Shown: piece after piece, positions 20,463-30,577 of the stretch
Position numbering within the stretch: position 1 is the stretch's first letter
How the letters are laid out: every line of letters begins with the position of its first letter
Virus record (IMG/VR): IMGVR_UViG_3300035698_014070
Span: 1-64,000 of that record
Source of the DNA: a virus
DNA length: 64,000 nucleotides
Direction: 5' to 3' (one strand)
Program-made: the position numbers and the translations under genes
The notes under the pieces: generated by a model
The model's database searches: none
What the model was told of the DNA's origin: nothing
Seen by the model: the letters and a program-made list of their open reading frames with translations, nothing else

Positions 20463-20964
20463 TGTCAGATGATAAGTTAGCACAGGATATACAGGATATT
20501 ATACTAGGAAAGCGTGTGCTAACATCAGAGAGTGATCAAGTATATGACCAACCTATAATACGTAAAGAGAATACAAGTGACCAAGTAAATGAAGATATGT
20601 CTTTTGGAGAAATGTTAGAACAAGTTTGTAATGATAGTGTGCAGCAAAATAAAGAAGATGATAAGATAACTGATGAAATGTGTAATGAGGTTATAAGTAA
20701 ATGTAACATGAGTCTTATGAAGGATTTACTAAAATGAGTTTTGAAAATATCTATGGTAGTATTCAGAATGAAATTCTTACAGAGATAAAGGATCAGCTCC
20801 TTGTTTCTGTTACGTTACCGATAGATGCTTTAACAGAATCCGTTGGTGATATTTATGTAAGTGTTTCAGGAAATTGTAATGCTTGGTTACAACAAAATGA
20901 GAATAATAAAGATATCTTAGCAGAAGCTTTATTGAATTTAGCTGATCGTGTAATGAAAGAGTAA
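20462..20964 (+). other. Two small hypothetical ORFs
   Basis: 20462..20737 and 20734..20964. Confidence 0.65.
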
Positions 20965-21342
20965 ATGGATACATTGTTAGAACAAGTAAATAAAGCGTTT
21001 AGAGAAACTAACGAAGCTAGACCAGCTAATGCAGCTGTAGTAAAAGCAGAATTAAAGCGCGTATTTATTGACGCGCAATATACGATACGTGATCTTCATG
21101 ATAGTACTTCTCCAGCATTTGACGCAGTAGATAATTCTATGAATTTTATTATACCAGTAAGAAATAATAGAAAATATACTGAAGAAGTTTTAGCAGAAGT
21201 TGGTTTAGCAGAAGAATATACTGAACTTATCTTTAAAAAACAGGTAATAGCGGATCAGCTAAAAGATACAGAAGATTTAGAAATATTCGCAATTAAATTA
21301 GATCAAGCAATAAAGAATATGAGTTCGCTTAGAGATATATAA
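20965..21342 (+). CDS. Leader/SLRDI-tagged protein
   Basis: Starts MDTLLEQVNKAFRETNE, ends MSSLRDI*. Confidence 0.75.
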   Translation: MDTLLEQVNKAFRETNEARPANAAVVKAELKRVFIDAQYTIRDLHDSTSPAFDAVDNSMNFIIPVRNNRKYTEEVLAEVGLAEEYTELIFKKQVIADQLKDTEDLEIFAIKLDQAIKNMSSLRDI

Positions 21343-22715
21343 TGATATCACAGTTATTAGAATTTATAGATAAAGAATTAAACGAAGGACTGAAGTCTGC
21401 TCGTCGTACGTATTTAGATAGCGATAAGATAGATCAAGCAGAGTTTGATTGGTGTGTATCTGCTGATCCTACATCTCAAAAGAAATACTTAGATTGGATA
21501 TGCAAACAGTACATTACGCATGATGAATTAGATTTAGAAGGTTTTAAAACACTTATTAAAGACTTTTATACATATTCTGAAGATAAGTTAATAGATAATC
21601 CTGATATATATACATATAAAACAATAGAGCAAGTTGCTGATGCTATAACTGCTGCTAAATCTAAAGTAACTAAGAAGAAGAAAAAAGAAAGCGCAATAAA
21701 GGGTGCAGCAGTTTCTTTTGAAACAGATAAATATGTTGGTTATAATATTTATTCTAATGAAGCGTCAAAGAAGTATGGTGCAGGAGCTCCATGGTGTACT
21801 AGATCAGAGGAATCACCATCACATTGGTTTGACTATAGGTATAATGATAGAAAAAGTTTTATTTATATACTTAATAAGATTAAACCAAAAGATAAGTACG
21901 CTCTTGTGTATATAGATAATAAAATACATGAATGTTGGGATATTATTAATGATAATATTGGATTTAGTCAAGCATTTGATAATATGCAAAAAGTAGATGA
22001 TAGTATTACTGATAGTTATATAGAGTTATTTAAAGAAGGTATACCTGAATCAGGTGAATTACGTGATCCTAAAGAAACTATTGATAATGAGTATGATTTT
22101 TTAACATCTAAAGTAAAACGAATAACAGATAAATTGTTTTTACAATTGTCTGGTGTTAAATCAAGATATCTTCTTAAAGATCATGAGATGTACATGATAG
22201 ATTTGAATAAGAATATGTCTTCAGAAAAACTTGCACAGAATATTGTATCACAATTAATTGCTAGTGTTAAAGATGATACGTCTAATACGTTACGCTGGTC
22301 GCGTTGGTTAAATGATGATAGTATAAATAATATACAAATAGATGATTCTCTTATAAATATAATTGAATCATTTGGTGGTATACATAGATTGAAAACATTA
22401 GAAGAAGCAGATAAGTTTCTTGAAAATATAATTAGAAAAGTAACTACAGAAATAAATCATGATGATATACGTAATGTAAAATTGTGGTTAGATTTACTTG
22501 GCGATATTTTGATGAAGGGTTTTGTGGGTGTGTGTTATTACAAGACGAAAGCGCCACATCCAAAAGGAGCAGCGTATTATCCAGTGCGTACATCTGATTA
22601 TACAAAAGCAGATTCATTTGTTGGTGAAATTAAAGATAATCCAAAATGGGCTCAAGAAGAGTTCGAATACTTTTTAGATGCTGTAATGAATAAATACAAA
22701 ATGTTTGAATTATGA
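21342..22715 (+). CDS. Large-phage protein with YGAGAPWCT (PcfJ-like) motif and N-terminal leader
   Basis: MISQLLEFIDKELNE; DPT..KKYLDWI; ASKKYGAGAPWCT. Confidence 0.65.
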   Translation: MISQLLEFIDKELNEGLKSARRTYLDSDKIDQAEFDWCVSADPTSQKKYLDWICKQYITHDELDLEGFKTLIKDFYTYSEDKLIDNPDIYTYKTIEQVADAITAAKSKVTKKKKKESAIKGAAVSFETDKYVGYNIYSNEASKKYGAGAPWCTRSEESPSHWFDYRYNDRKSFIYILNKIKPKDKYALVYIDNKIHECWDIINDNIGFSQAFDNMQKVDDSITDSYIELFKEGIPESGELRDPKETIDNEYDFLTSKVKRITDKLFLQLSGVKSRYLLKDHEMYMIDLNKNMSSEKLAQNIVSQLIASVKDDTSNTLRWSRWLNDDSINNIQIDDSLINIIESFGGIHRLKTLEEADKFLENIIRKVTTEINHDDIRNVKLWLDLLGDILMKGFVGVCYYKTKAPHPKGAAYYPVRTSDYTKADSFVGEIKDNPKWAQEEFEYFLDAVMNKYKMFEL

Positions 22716-22742
22716 GTATTAATAGAACAACTTGAAGAAATA

Positions 22743-23030
22743 ATGCTTACTGAAGAAAGCAGAATAGAGTTACTTGATCAGTGGTTTTCGAAGTATGAAC
22801 GGTGGACTGATGAAATAGAACGTTTTTCTAGAAGGTTGATGGATGATTTTTATTGGATGGTGAAAAAACCAGAGCTAGAAATGAATAATGATAAAGAATT
22901 AACTAAGGCAGTAAAAGATATACATGATACAGCACAAAAAATTAATTTAAGCACTAATCCTTTATTTGATATGATTCGTAAAACAGAAAAACAGTTTAAA
23001 CAAAAAGCAGCTTCTTTAAGAGATATATAA
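22743..23030 (+). CDS. SLRDI-tagged helical protein, with leader remnant LIEQLEE in frame upstream
   Basis: Ends AASLRDI*; 22716-22742 reads VLIEQLEEI in the same frame. Confidence 0.7.
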   Translation: MLTEESRIELLDQWFSKYERWTDEIERFSRRLMDDFYWMVKKPELEMNNDKELTKAVKDIHDTAQKINLSTNPLFDMIRKTEKQFKQKAASLRDI

Positions 23031-23407
23031 TGTTAGAATTAATAAACAAACTGTTGGCATATGAACGGCACTTTTCACATAGTCATGGTGACAAGATAGA
23101 TTTAGCTAAGTCATTGTTTCTTGAGAATAAACATGATGAGTGCAGAGATGTGCTTAATACATTTCCTTCACAAGAAGTACTGCTAGGACAGTTGACTGAA
23201 AAACTTAAAGGTAAAAGTGTTTATAAGACGCTTAAGCTTATTGCAGAAGGCAAGTGCGAAAGTAAGGCAGCTGAGATGAAAGGTCTTTTTAGTTTAGGAA
23301 CACATATAGCGATAGAGTGTGAAAAAGAAAATAGTGAGTACGGTTTGTTATTGCCATATGTGTATGAAAAGCTTGGTCAACTTATATTTAATAAAGAAAT
23401 AGATTAA
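23030..23407 (+). CDS. Hypothetical protein
   Basis: TAATG coupling; starts MLELINKLLAYE. Confidence 0.7.
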   Translation: MLELINKLLAYERHFSHSHGDKIDLAKSLFLENKHDECRDVLNTFPSQEVLLGQLTEKLKGKSVYKTLKLIAEGKCESKAAEMKGLFSLGTHIAIECEKENSEYGLLLPYVYEKLGQLIFNKEID

Positions 23408-23434
23408 TGAATGATAATTTTACAGGAGTTTACT

Positions 23435-24187
23435 ATGAATAATTTGATGAGTTCACTGATGGAAAGCGCTATGCATGGCGCAAATGATGTGTTCACTGTG
23501 CAGAAGTTTCGGTTCAGTGGACAAATCGTTGATTCTATTTCCTTTAAAGAAAAGGATGTAGCTTTAGAGTTTGCTAGTGATGTGGTTAAGTCTATGCCTT
23601 CTTCTAAGTATTTTGTTGAGGTGCATGAAGTAACAGATGAAGGTGGTTCTAATACGCTTTGGAGTAGTGAAGCTAAAGATCCTGACAAGAAGACGAAGAA
23701 GCCTGGTAAGGTGCCGACTAAGACGGATGCTGAAGGTGATGGATCAATAACAAATATAAAGGCACCCAACGAGGCTAAGTCTGGTGATAAAAAGGAAAAG
23801 AAACCTGGTAAGGTACCAGTGAAGACTGATGCAAAAGATGATACAGGTAGTGTGAAGAATATTAAAGCACCGAATGAAGGTGTGTTACCAGATCATGCTG
23901 AGCCAACTGATAAGAAGATTCAGGCTATGGTTGAAGAAGAAGATACTGAAGAGAAATGCGATGAAGAAAGTGAAGATGATGACGAAGAGAATGTTGATGA
24001 AGCAAGTAAAAAGCAAACATTAAGTGAGTTTACAGAGTATATTAAATCAATATATGGATTTGAAGAAGGAGAATCTGAAGAAGATTTTGATGAAGCGGTT
24101 TATGTTGCAATGAAAGAACTGCATGGCGACGAAATTTACGATGCATTATTAGATGCGTTTACTGCTGGTAAGAATACTAATGGATAA
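23435..24187 (+). CDS. Acidic, repeat-containing putative prohead-core/internal protein
   Basis: AGGAG RBS before ATG 23435; duplicated EAK..DKK.KKPGKVP.KTDA...NIKAPN module; shares the LPxHAEPTDKK.QAM peptide with 34861..36075. Confidence 0.55.
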   Translation: MNNLMSSLMESAMHGANDVFTVQKFRFSGQIVDSISFKEKDVALEFASDVVKSMPSSKYFVEVHEVTDEGGSNTLWSSEAKDPDKKTKKPGKVPTKTDAEGDGSITNIKAPNEAKSGDKKEKKPGKVPVKTDAKDDTGSVKNIKAPNEGVLPDHAEPTDKKIQAMVEEEDTEEKCDEESEDDDEENVDEASKKQTLSEFTEYIKSIYGFEEGESEEDFDEAVYVAMKELHGDEIYDALLDAFTAGKNTNG

Positions 24188-24515
24188 GTTAATAGAACAA
24201 CTTGAGAGAAGTTTAAATGAAGAAGGTGAATTGAATACACCTGAATCATACTTAATGAAACGAGCATCAGATATTTCAGATAAATTAGATACAATTGAAG
24301 ATGCGCTTGCAGATATACACAATGATATATATGATATTACGATGGCTTTACCACCAGGTGGACCTACTTATAAAAAATGGGGTAATCAGTTTTACAATTT
24401 AAAAATAGAAGCAGGAAATGCTTTTGAACATGGAGATAACTTTTTATACCGTTTGAATAAGTTTATAGATAAGTTTATGAGTGAGTACAAAGCTATCACA
24501 TTGAGAGACATATGA
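24180..24515 (+). CDS. Leader/TLRDI-tagged helical protein
   Basis: Starts MDKLIEQLERSLNE at ATG 24180, ends AITLRDI*. Confidence 0.75.
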   Translation: MDKLIEQLERSLNEEGELNTPESYLMKRASDISDKLDTIEDALADIHNDIYDITMALPPGGPTYKKWGNQFYNLKIEAGNAFEHGDNFLYRLNKFIDKFMSEYKAITLRDI

Positions 24516-24886
24516 AAGAACTATTAGAAAAGTTAAGTAAAGTGATTAAAGCATCTCTTGATACAGATGCAGAGTATATAGAAGAGTATGTAGACGCTTT
24601 AGAAACTGTAATAGATCGGTATACTAATGCACAATATAGTATAGAACGTGCGGTAAATGCACTATGTCATGCTGTTGATGGTGTGAAGATAGGGTTAGAA
24701 GATCGTAAAGATCAAAAGTCAATTGAGTTTATTGAAGAGGTTTTTGGTAACATCACTGAGATAGATAACAACAACGCTGATTTGGTTAACAATGAAAGAC
24801 TTAAAATTATGGTTGAGTCTATAGATGGTATTAGAAAAGCTTTAGCTGATATGGTTTTAAGTAAGAAAAGTTTACGGGATATATAA
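24512..24886 (+). CDS. Leader/SLRDI-tagged helical protein
   Basis: Starts MKELLEKLSK, ends KKSLRDI*. Confidence 0.75.
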   Translation: MKELLEKLSKVIKASLDTDAEYIEEYVDALETVIDRYTNAQYSIERAVNALCHAVDGVKIGLEDRKDQKSIEFIEEVFGNITEIDNNNADLVNNERLKIMVESIDGIRKALADMVLSKKSLRDI

Positions 24887-24907
24887 ATGCATAATTTATT
24901 TGTAATT

Positions 24908-24972
24908 AGAACTTGTTCGGCTCCAAGTTCTCCTTTCGCAGGCCGGCTGTTCACAAAGCAGTCGGTCTGTTT
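24908..24972 (+). other. Double-hairpin element (terminator or small structured RNA)
   Basis: AGAACTTG/CAAGTTCT (24908-24931) and CAGGCCGGCTG/CAGTCGGTCTG (24939-24969), followed by TTT. Confidence 0.55.
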
Positions 24973-24998
24973 ACATAATGAAAACAGTATGTTATAAT
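24970..24998 (+). promoter_or_regulatory. Sigma-70-type promoter
   Basis: TTTACA (24970-75), 17-nt spacer, TGn-TATAAT (24993-98), then an AAGGA RBS and ATG 25016. Confidence 0.6.
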
Positions 24999-25015
24999 AC
25001 ATAAAGGAATAAACA

Positions 25016-25360
25016 ATGGCGTTAGAAAACATTTCAGATAATTATAAACCTACTGTTGAGCAGTCACCTGAGATTGTTATTACAGACGCGACAAAAACTA
25101 CTGTTGTTGCTGCTATTACTAGTACAAGAATAAAAGTAGTAGATTTTAAGATAAGTTCAGATACTGCTGCAGAGTGGAAAATATATTCTGGAGACACTGT
25201 TATTTGGACATTATATGGTGGAGCAGATTGGGGATGGTCTGAAAGATCTGAAATTCATTACCCAGTTTTTATTACTAATGTTGGAGAAGCCTTTTTTGTT
25301 GAAGGCAGTGTTGCCTCATTAAATGCTAGTGTTCACGTAAAATATATTGAAGTAGATTAA
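25016..25360 (+). CDS. Small beta-rich putative virion protein
   Basis: Beta-strand-like composition; first gene after the promoter. Confidence 0.55.
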   Translation: MALENISDNYKPTVEQSPEIVITDATKTTVVAAITSTRIKVVDFKISSDTAAEWKIYSGDTVIWTLYGGADWGWSERSEIHYPVFITNVGEAFFVEGSVASLNASVHVKYIEVD

Positions 25361-25418
25361 AAAGGAACATTTATTAATAATTATTATGCTGATTATAATA
25401 TCGTAAACGGAGTTATTA

Positions 25419-26852
25419 ATGGGACGAATAGATGATAGAGAAATTTGGCTTGTTGCAGATCATGCAGATGATAAAGAAAAGATTACTGTTATAGATGAAT
25501 ATGGTAACTTATTACAAGAAATTGTAACCACGGCGGCCCAAGATAATATCTCGTGGGATTCTACTGATAAGACGCTTTGGCTAAACAAAGAACACGTTGC
25601 AGGAACGGACGATTATGTAAGTAATATTTATTCATCAGCGCAGGTACTTTCTAAAACCACCATTGATGCTGCTGACTTTGATCTGGAGGATGTTTGTCAT
25701 GATCCGTCTGATGATTCTCTGTGGATGATAAGTGATAACGCAGGAAATCTAGTTTTGCAGAACCGAAGCAAAGCTGCTCCTAATACGATTATTGCGTCTC
25801 ACAACATTTCAACAACGATAGAAAGCCCACAAGGGGTCGCGAGTGATCCGACTGATTTCACATTGTGGATATCAGATAATATTCCTTTTGCGGGGCGGGT
25901 TGGCTTAATTCATCATGTCGATAAAGGAGGTAATATTTTCACGGCGGATACGATTACAATCGTTGAGGCTTTGCACTCTTCTTTAACGGGGCAAGCAGGA
26001 TTGTTGCAAGGAATTTGCGTGGATGATCGGGACGGAACACTTTGGTTTAGCGTCAGAAATACTTATATTTATCATCTCACTCGTACTGGTACTTTGATAA
26101 AGGTTGTGGCTACGCCTCTTACTGACCGAGGAGCTGCCAGTGGTCCAACAGGTTTATGCTTATGTCCATGGGGGACACGAGCATACGCGCTTCGTCCTAT
26201 TGCTTCTTATCAATTATATGATGATCAAGAGAATGGGCATGTCACTGCAGAGGTTGGAACTAGTGCAACGTTGGAAGGAGGGGATGACACAGACGATAAG
26301 AGCGTGGTTGGACCCATTAGCAAGGGGTTTAATCTGAATGGTATTGATGATTATGTGGATTTTAATGATGTAGCTCTTACGGATAATACATGGTCAATCT
26401 CCTGTTGGCTGAACATTCCATCTCTTGCATCGGCTATGGTACTTTTGGGTGATGCTGATAATGAAGATTGGATTAGGTTTAACTCAACTAGTGAGATTTT
26501 TTTCAAGTTTGCCAATATAAGTCAGACTCTTATGAATACTAGCATCGCTATTCCTATTGGTGAATGGTTCCACTTAGTGATTACAAGATGGGGAATCACT
26601 TATACGTCGGTTTATGTGAATGGAACGTTACAAGAAACAAAAACAATTGGTAGTGCTGCTCCATTTACACCAGAATTTCTTGGTCAAAAAGATGATAATG
26701 GTTGGTTGGCAGGCAAAGTGTCTAATTTAATGTTATTCAATTATACTCTTAATATAGTAGATATTGCTTATCTTTACAATGCCGGGGCAGGACAGGACAT
26801 CATTACAGAAGAAGAAACTGCTGATCGTACAAGTAACAATGCTTGGTGGTAG
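25419..26852 (+). CDS. Beta-propeller plus C-terminal LamG/ConA-like lectin domain protein
   Basis: Repeated D..D.TLW blades; LNGIDDYV, WSISCW, GEWFHLVITR, VYVNG, L...DIAYLY. Confidence 0.8.
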   Translation: MGRIDDREIWLVADHADDKEKITVIDEYGNLLQEIVTTAAQDNISWDSTDKTLWLNKEHVAGTDDYVSNIYSSAQVLSKTTIDAADFDLEDVCHDPSDDSLWMISDNAGNLVLQNRSKAAPNTIIASHNISTTIESPQGVASDPTDFTLWISDNIPFAGRVGLIHHVDKGGNIFTADTITIVEALHSSLTGQAGLLQGICVDDRDGTLWFSVRNTYIYHLTRTGTLIKVVATPLTDRGAASGPTGLCLCPWGTRAYALRPIASYQLYDDQENGHVTAEVGTSATLEGGDDTDDKSVVGPISKGFNLNGIDDYVDFNDVALTDNTWSISCWLNIPSLASAMVLLGDADNEDWIRFNSTSEIFFKFANISQTLMNTSIAIPIGEWFHLVITRWGITYTSVYVNGTLQETKTIGSAAPFTPEFLGQKDDNGWLAGKVSNLMLFNYTLNIVDIAYLYNAGAGQDIITEEETADRTSNNAWW

Positions 26853-26853
26853 G

Positions 26854-28734
26854 ATGAAATATAAAGTATGTTTGTTTATTATTTGTTTATTTATAGTTGG
26901 TTGTCAAAAACCAGAGATTATTTGTCATCCACATGAAGAAGTAGAGGCAATAGATTGTTATGACATTAATAAAGATGGAAAGATTAATCTTATTGATTTT
27001 GCTGCTTTTCAGAGAGTGTGGTTACAAGGACAAGAGGAGCTTGTAGAAATGGCAGACACGCTGACACAATTCGGGATTACGTGGACGTTCGACAAACAGT
27101 TGACTGTGGACGGAGCGGGAGATACGTATCAGTATGGTACTTTTGCTAATGGAGATTATTGGGTAGTTGGTTCTGTGAACATTATTGGTATTAGTCCCCT
27201 GTCTACAGATGTTGCTGGTCGTATTAAGAATGGCTCCATGATAAATCCTGATCCAACAATTACAGATCAAGGTTATGATAATAGTATGCTTTACAACGAC
27301 TACAAGGTTGCTTTAAATGTAGCCTTAGACGTGGCTGGCGGAAACCCATTAGAAGTTACGGCCAACAAGTCTTTAATTTCGTCAATTAGTGAGGATGAAG
27401 CAGGGAAATCTGTGGCGCAACTGAAATCAGCGTCCATCTTAACGGTGCTTAGCTCTGCTCCGGTGGCCAATAGTTTTCGGCCCTATTATTGTGGGACAGA
27501 TAAGTCTATTTTATTCAACGTGAGTGATTTGGATTATAGCGCTGTATCCAGTCTTACGGCTTTAGGCAGTGTTTTGACCTTACATAAGGATACCCTTGAT
27601 GATGAAACTGATCAAGATGAAACAGTAGAGCGAATGTTTGAACGGCCTTGGATAGATCATATGCCTAATTACTACGCCCGCAACCTGCATCCCGCAGAGA
27701 ATATGCCTAATTATGGCAGTCAGATGGCAGTGCAAGTTGGACAAGCTGGATTAATGCTTAACCTTAACTTTTCTAATGCTGACAAAGAAATTTTAATGAT
27801 ACGCTTTGTTCAGTTAGGACTTGACTTATATGGCATAATTGAAAATGGAGGCAAAGGTAATTGGACAGCCAACGGTGGTCATACACGCGGCAGAAAGATG
27901 CCTATTTTATTTGCTTCATTAGTATTAGATGATTCTACTATGCAGGCGATGTTTGCTCTAACTGGAGATCATTTATATAGCGGAGCTTATGAAGCCGGAA
28001 GTCCTCCTCCTGACCTGATACATTTTTCAGAAGATGACCAGACTTTTTATGTAAAGGCAGCGGATATTTATAGTTCTCCATATGATCTCAATTATAACGC
28101 TGCTGGTCAAACTGCTGGAACGGTAACTGTAACTAATGGCAGTGCTGTTGTTACCGGGGATGGTACGGGCTGGACAGACCCATCATCTGTTGAGTATTTT
28201 GGTGTTGTTGGTGGAGACGAAGCTGTGGCTGGAGTTGGCGGTTTTGACTTTAAGATTTTATCGTATGATTCTGAAATACAAGTAACTCTTGAAACTCCAT
28301 ATACAGGGAGTTCTGGTAGTGGGTTAAGTTACCGAATAACAGATAAGTTAAGTTTTGGGCACGGCCATATGGGCAACCTTAGAGATTACGAGGAATACAC
28401 TAATACCCATTTAGATATGCCTGAATCTGGAATTAACCATGCAACGGCACCTTTTTGTGACGGCTTGGATTGGGACGCAACTTATAGATCTGGCCAATTT
28501 GTTGGTGGTAGCGTTCTTACTGTTCTGATTATGGGTGCTAAGTCTCTATGGAATCATGATGCATTTTTTGATTACGAAGATAGATATGTTGCTGAAGCAA
28601 AAGAGGAAGTAGATCCTGATCCATGGTTTTGGACAGAATTTACTCGTGATATGTGGGATGAATACCGGACTGATTATGGCGTTGTATGGCCGGATGAAGA
28701 AACGACGGGATATTTAATAGGATACATGCAATGA
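26854..28734 (+). CDS. Protein with lipoprotein-like signal, dockerin/EF-hand-like motif and large putative glycan-active or structural domain
   Basis: MKYKVCLFIICLFIVGC; DINKDGKINLIDFAAFQRVWL; TQFGITWTF...GTFANGDYWVVG; fibre-like GTVTVTNGSAVVTGDGTGW. Confidence 0.65.
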   Translation: MKYKVCLFIICLFIVGCQKPEIICHPHEEVEAIDCYDINKDGKINLIDFAAFQRVWLQGQEELVEMADTLTQFGITWTFDKQLTVDGAGDTYQYGTFANGDYWVVGSVNIIGISPLSTDVAGRIKNGSMINPDPTITDQGYDNSMLYNDYKVALNVALDVAGGNPLEVTANKSLISSISEDEAGKSVAQLKSASILTVLSSAPVANSFRPYYCGTDKSILFNVSDLDYSAVSSLTALGSVLTLHKDTLDDETDQDETVERMFERPWIDHMPNYYARNLHPAENMPNYGSQMAVQVGQAGLMLNLNFSNADKEILMIRFVQLGLDLYGIIENGGKGNWTANGGHTRGRKMPILFASLVLDDSTMQAMFALTGDHLYSGAYEAGSPPPDLIHFSEDDQTFYVKAADIYSSPYDLNYNAAGQTAGTVTVTNGSAVVTGDGTGWTDPSSVEYFGVVGGDEAVAGVGGFDFKILSYDSEIQVTLETPYTGSSGSGLSYRITDKLSFGHGHMGNLRDYEEYTNTHLDMPESGINHATAPFCDGLDWDATYRSGQFVGGSVLTVLIMGAKSLWNHDAFFDYEDRYVAEAKEEVDPDPWFWTEFTRDMWDEYRTDYGVVWPDEETTGYLIGYMQ

Positions 28735-29072
28735 GTTTAATAGATACATATTACCAGAGACACTGCACTACTTATAGCAAACTTTCCATGAAGGAGTTGT
28801 TAAAGGTTCAACCATCAGGCCCGGTGGAGATGTGCGTTGCCTTGCGTAATTACGTACAGGATCGGGCGTTGACTTATTACCGCACCGAGTTTGCGAATGA
28901 AAACTCTCTGACGGTTAGCAAGTTACCTCTCCCCAAAAATGATGCGGCAATTGCAGCGTTATGGAAATTGAGGAAAGAGAAAGAGATACTCGAAGAAAAT
29001 ATATCTGTAGCCAAGGCACTTACTTTGACAAATAAAGTTGATGGTAAAACAGATGTGGTGGTGGTTAAATGA
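28731..29072 (+). CDS. Hypothetical protein
   Basis: ATGA-coupled ORF. Confidence 0.6.
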   Translation: MSLIDTYYQRHCTTYSKLSMKELLKVQPSGPVEMCVALRNYVQDRALTYYRTEFANENSLTVSKLPLPKNDAAIAALWKLRKEKEILEENISVAKALTLTNKVDGKTDVVVVK

Positions 29073-30568
29073 CGGTACATTTATGGACAAGAACTGATGG
29101 GAACGCTTTGTACGGTGGAATGTGGGATGATGGTGATTTTACGTTCTCCGAAATGAATGTTGGCGGTGGCGGAATACCATTACACCAAGTAACAAATGAC
29201 AATGATATTTGGTGGGACTTTTCTGATATGAAAATTAAGGCCACTGGAAAATTTGCAGTAGATTTAACGGGTTGCTATGTGGCTGTTTGGGATAATCAAA
29301 ATGCAATATTGGATGGACATTACCCAATTACAGCGTCCGATGCGGATTCGATTACAATTGCTACAGATATTAGTGGGGCTGCCGGTGGAGGAGCTGCTGA
29401 TGTGGGGCCAACGGTTGGTGGTGCATTTGATGTCTACATTGGTGGGGCGACACTGGCAGCAACAGCGGCAGATTTGTTCACTGTCAGTTCTATTATCGAA
29501 ATGGAGAATGATGCTCAGTATGTTATCGATGACAATGACTGCATTATGGAGATCACTCTTTCCACCGCAATTGAAACCGGCTCAATGATACGCGGCTTTG
29601 GCACCTCGCCTGGCGATGGGACACAAGCAATCTTGAACGCCGGGACGAATAGTCTGGCGGATGTGATTTTATGCCCGAATGCAGACGGGATTGCTTTTGT
29701 AGATTTACGGTTGACGGGGGCGAGTGATTGTGGATTAGACGGAGCGGCCCTCGCAAATTATATCCACTTATATAATGTAACAATAGACGCGTGCGACTAT
29801 GGCGTTAAGGGATATCATCAGTGGGTTATATCTAATTGTACTATGCATACATGCGGTACTGCAATATATTTGGGATGGGCATTACATCTAAGTGATTGCA
29901 AAGTATATGGGATGATTACAGCTGGAGTCTATGCATGGTCGGCAATAGTGCTTAATAATTTATTTTACAATATTGTGGGGTATAGCTTACAAATTAGTAG
30001 TCAATATAAATGGAGCGCTATTATCGGAAATACATTTGACGGTGACAATACTGCTAATACAGTAGCAGCCTATTTAGATAACACTTCGACATATCAAATG
30101 TTACTAATCGAAAACAATGTATTTTACGATTTTGACAGAGCCATAAAATCAGATTCTCTTATAGACAATGACGCCTGCAAACAATTTTTCCGCAACAACT
30201 GTTTTAACAGCAATACCAACGCCAACACCAATATAGATGCTACCGGTTTTGATGCTGTAACGGCTGCCCCCGCCTTCGAGAACGAGGGAACCAGAGATTA
30301 CACGCCGGGATTATTGTCCCCATTACGAGGAGCGGCCACAGACGGCGGCGATATCGGGGCGATACAGCGGGATGAGGATTATCCGGCCATCGGTAACGTG
30401 ACTGAGGATGACACGTCAGACGGAGAGACGGGCACCTACCACGAGGCAACTGAAGCCGAGGTGCAGGATACGGTACAGTTTGGGGAAGACGGTACGGAAT
30501 ACACAGGATCGTATGCTGGCGGAGGTGGCGGTGGAAGTCCAGTATTTAATAGTTCTATATTTGGATAA
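29069..30568 (+). CDS. Right-handed beta-helix (pectin-lyase-like) protein, possible depolymerase/spike
   Basis: Repeating I.NC / NN.FY / GNTF stacks; P.F......DY.P...SP...A.....DIGA motif. Confidence 0.75.
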   Translation: MTVHLWTRTDGNALYGGMWDDGDFTFSEMNVGGGGIPLHQVTNDNDIWWDFSDMKIKATGKFAVDLTGCYVAVWDNQNAILDGHYPITASDADSITIATDISGAAGGGAADVGPTVGGAFDVYIGGATLAATAADLFTVSSIIEMENDAQYVIDDNDCIMEITLSTAIETGSMIRGFGTSPGDGTQAILNAGTNSLADVILCPNADGIAFVDLRLTGASDCGLDGAALANYIHLYNVTIDACDYGVKGYHQWVISNCTMHTCGTAIYLGWALHLSDCKVYGMITAGVYAWSAIVLNNLFYNIVGYSLQISSQYKWSAIIGNTFDGDNTANTVAAYLDNTSTYQMLLIENNVFYDFDRAIKSDSLIDNDACKQFFRNNCFNSNTNANTNIDATGFDAVTAAPAFENEGTRDYTPGLLSPLRGAATDGGDIGAIQRDEDYPAIGNVTEDDTSDGETGTYHEATEAEVQDTVQFGEDGTEYTGSYAGGGGGGSPVFNSSIFG

Positions 30569-30577
30569 TGGTGAGAT

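Noticed and set aside
22713-22715. Genome-wide stop-codon reassignment
   Set aside because: Core genes are intact in code 11, and TGA and TAG end many genes at normal junctions.
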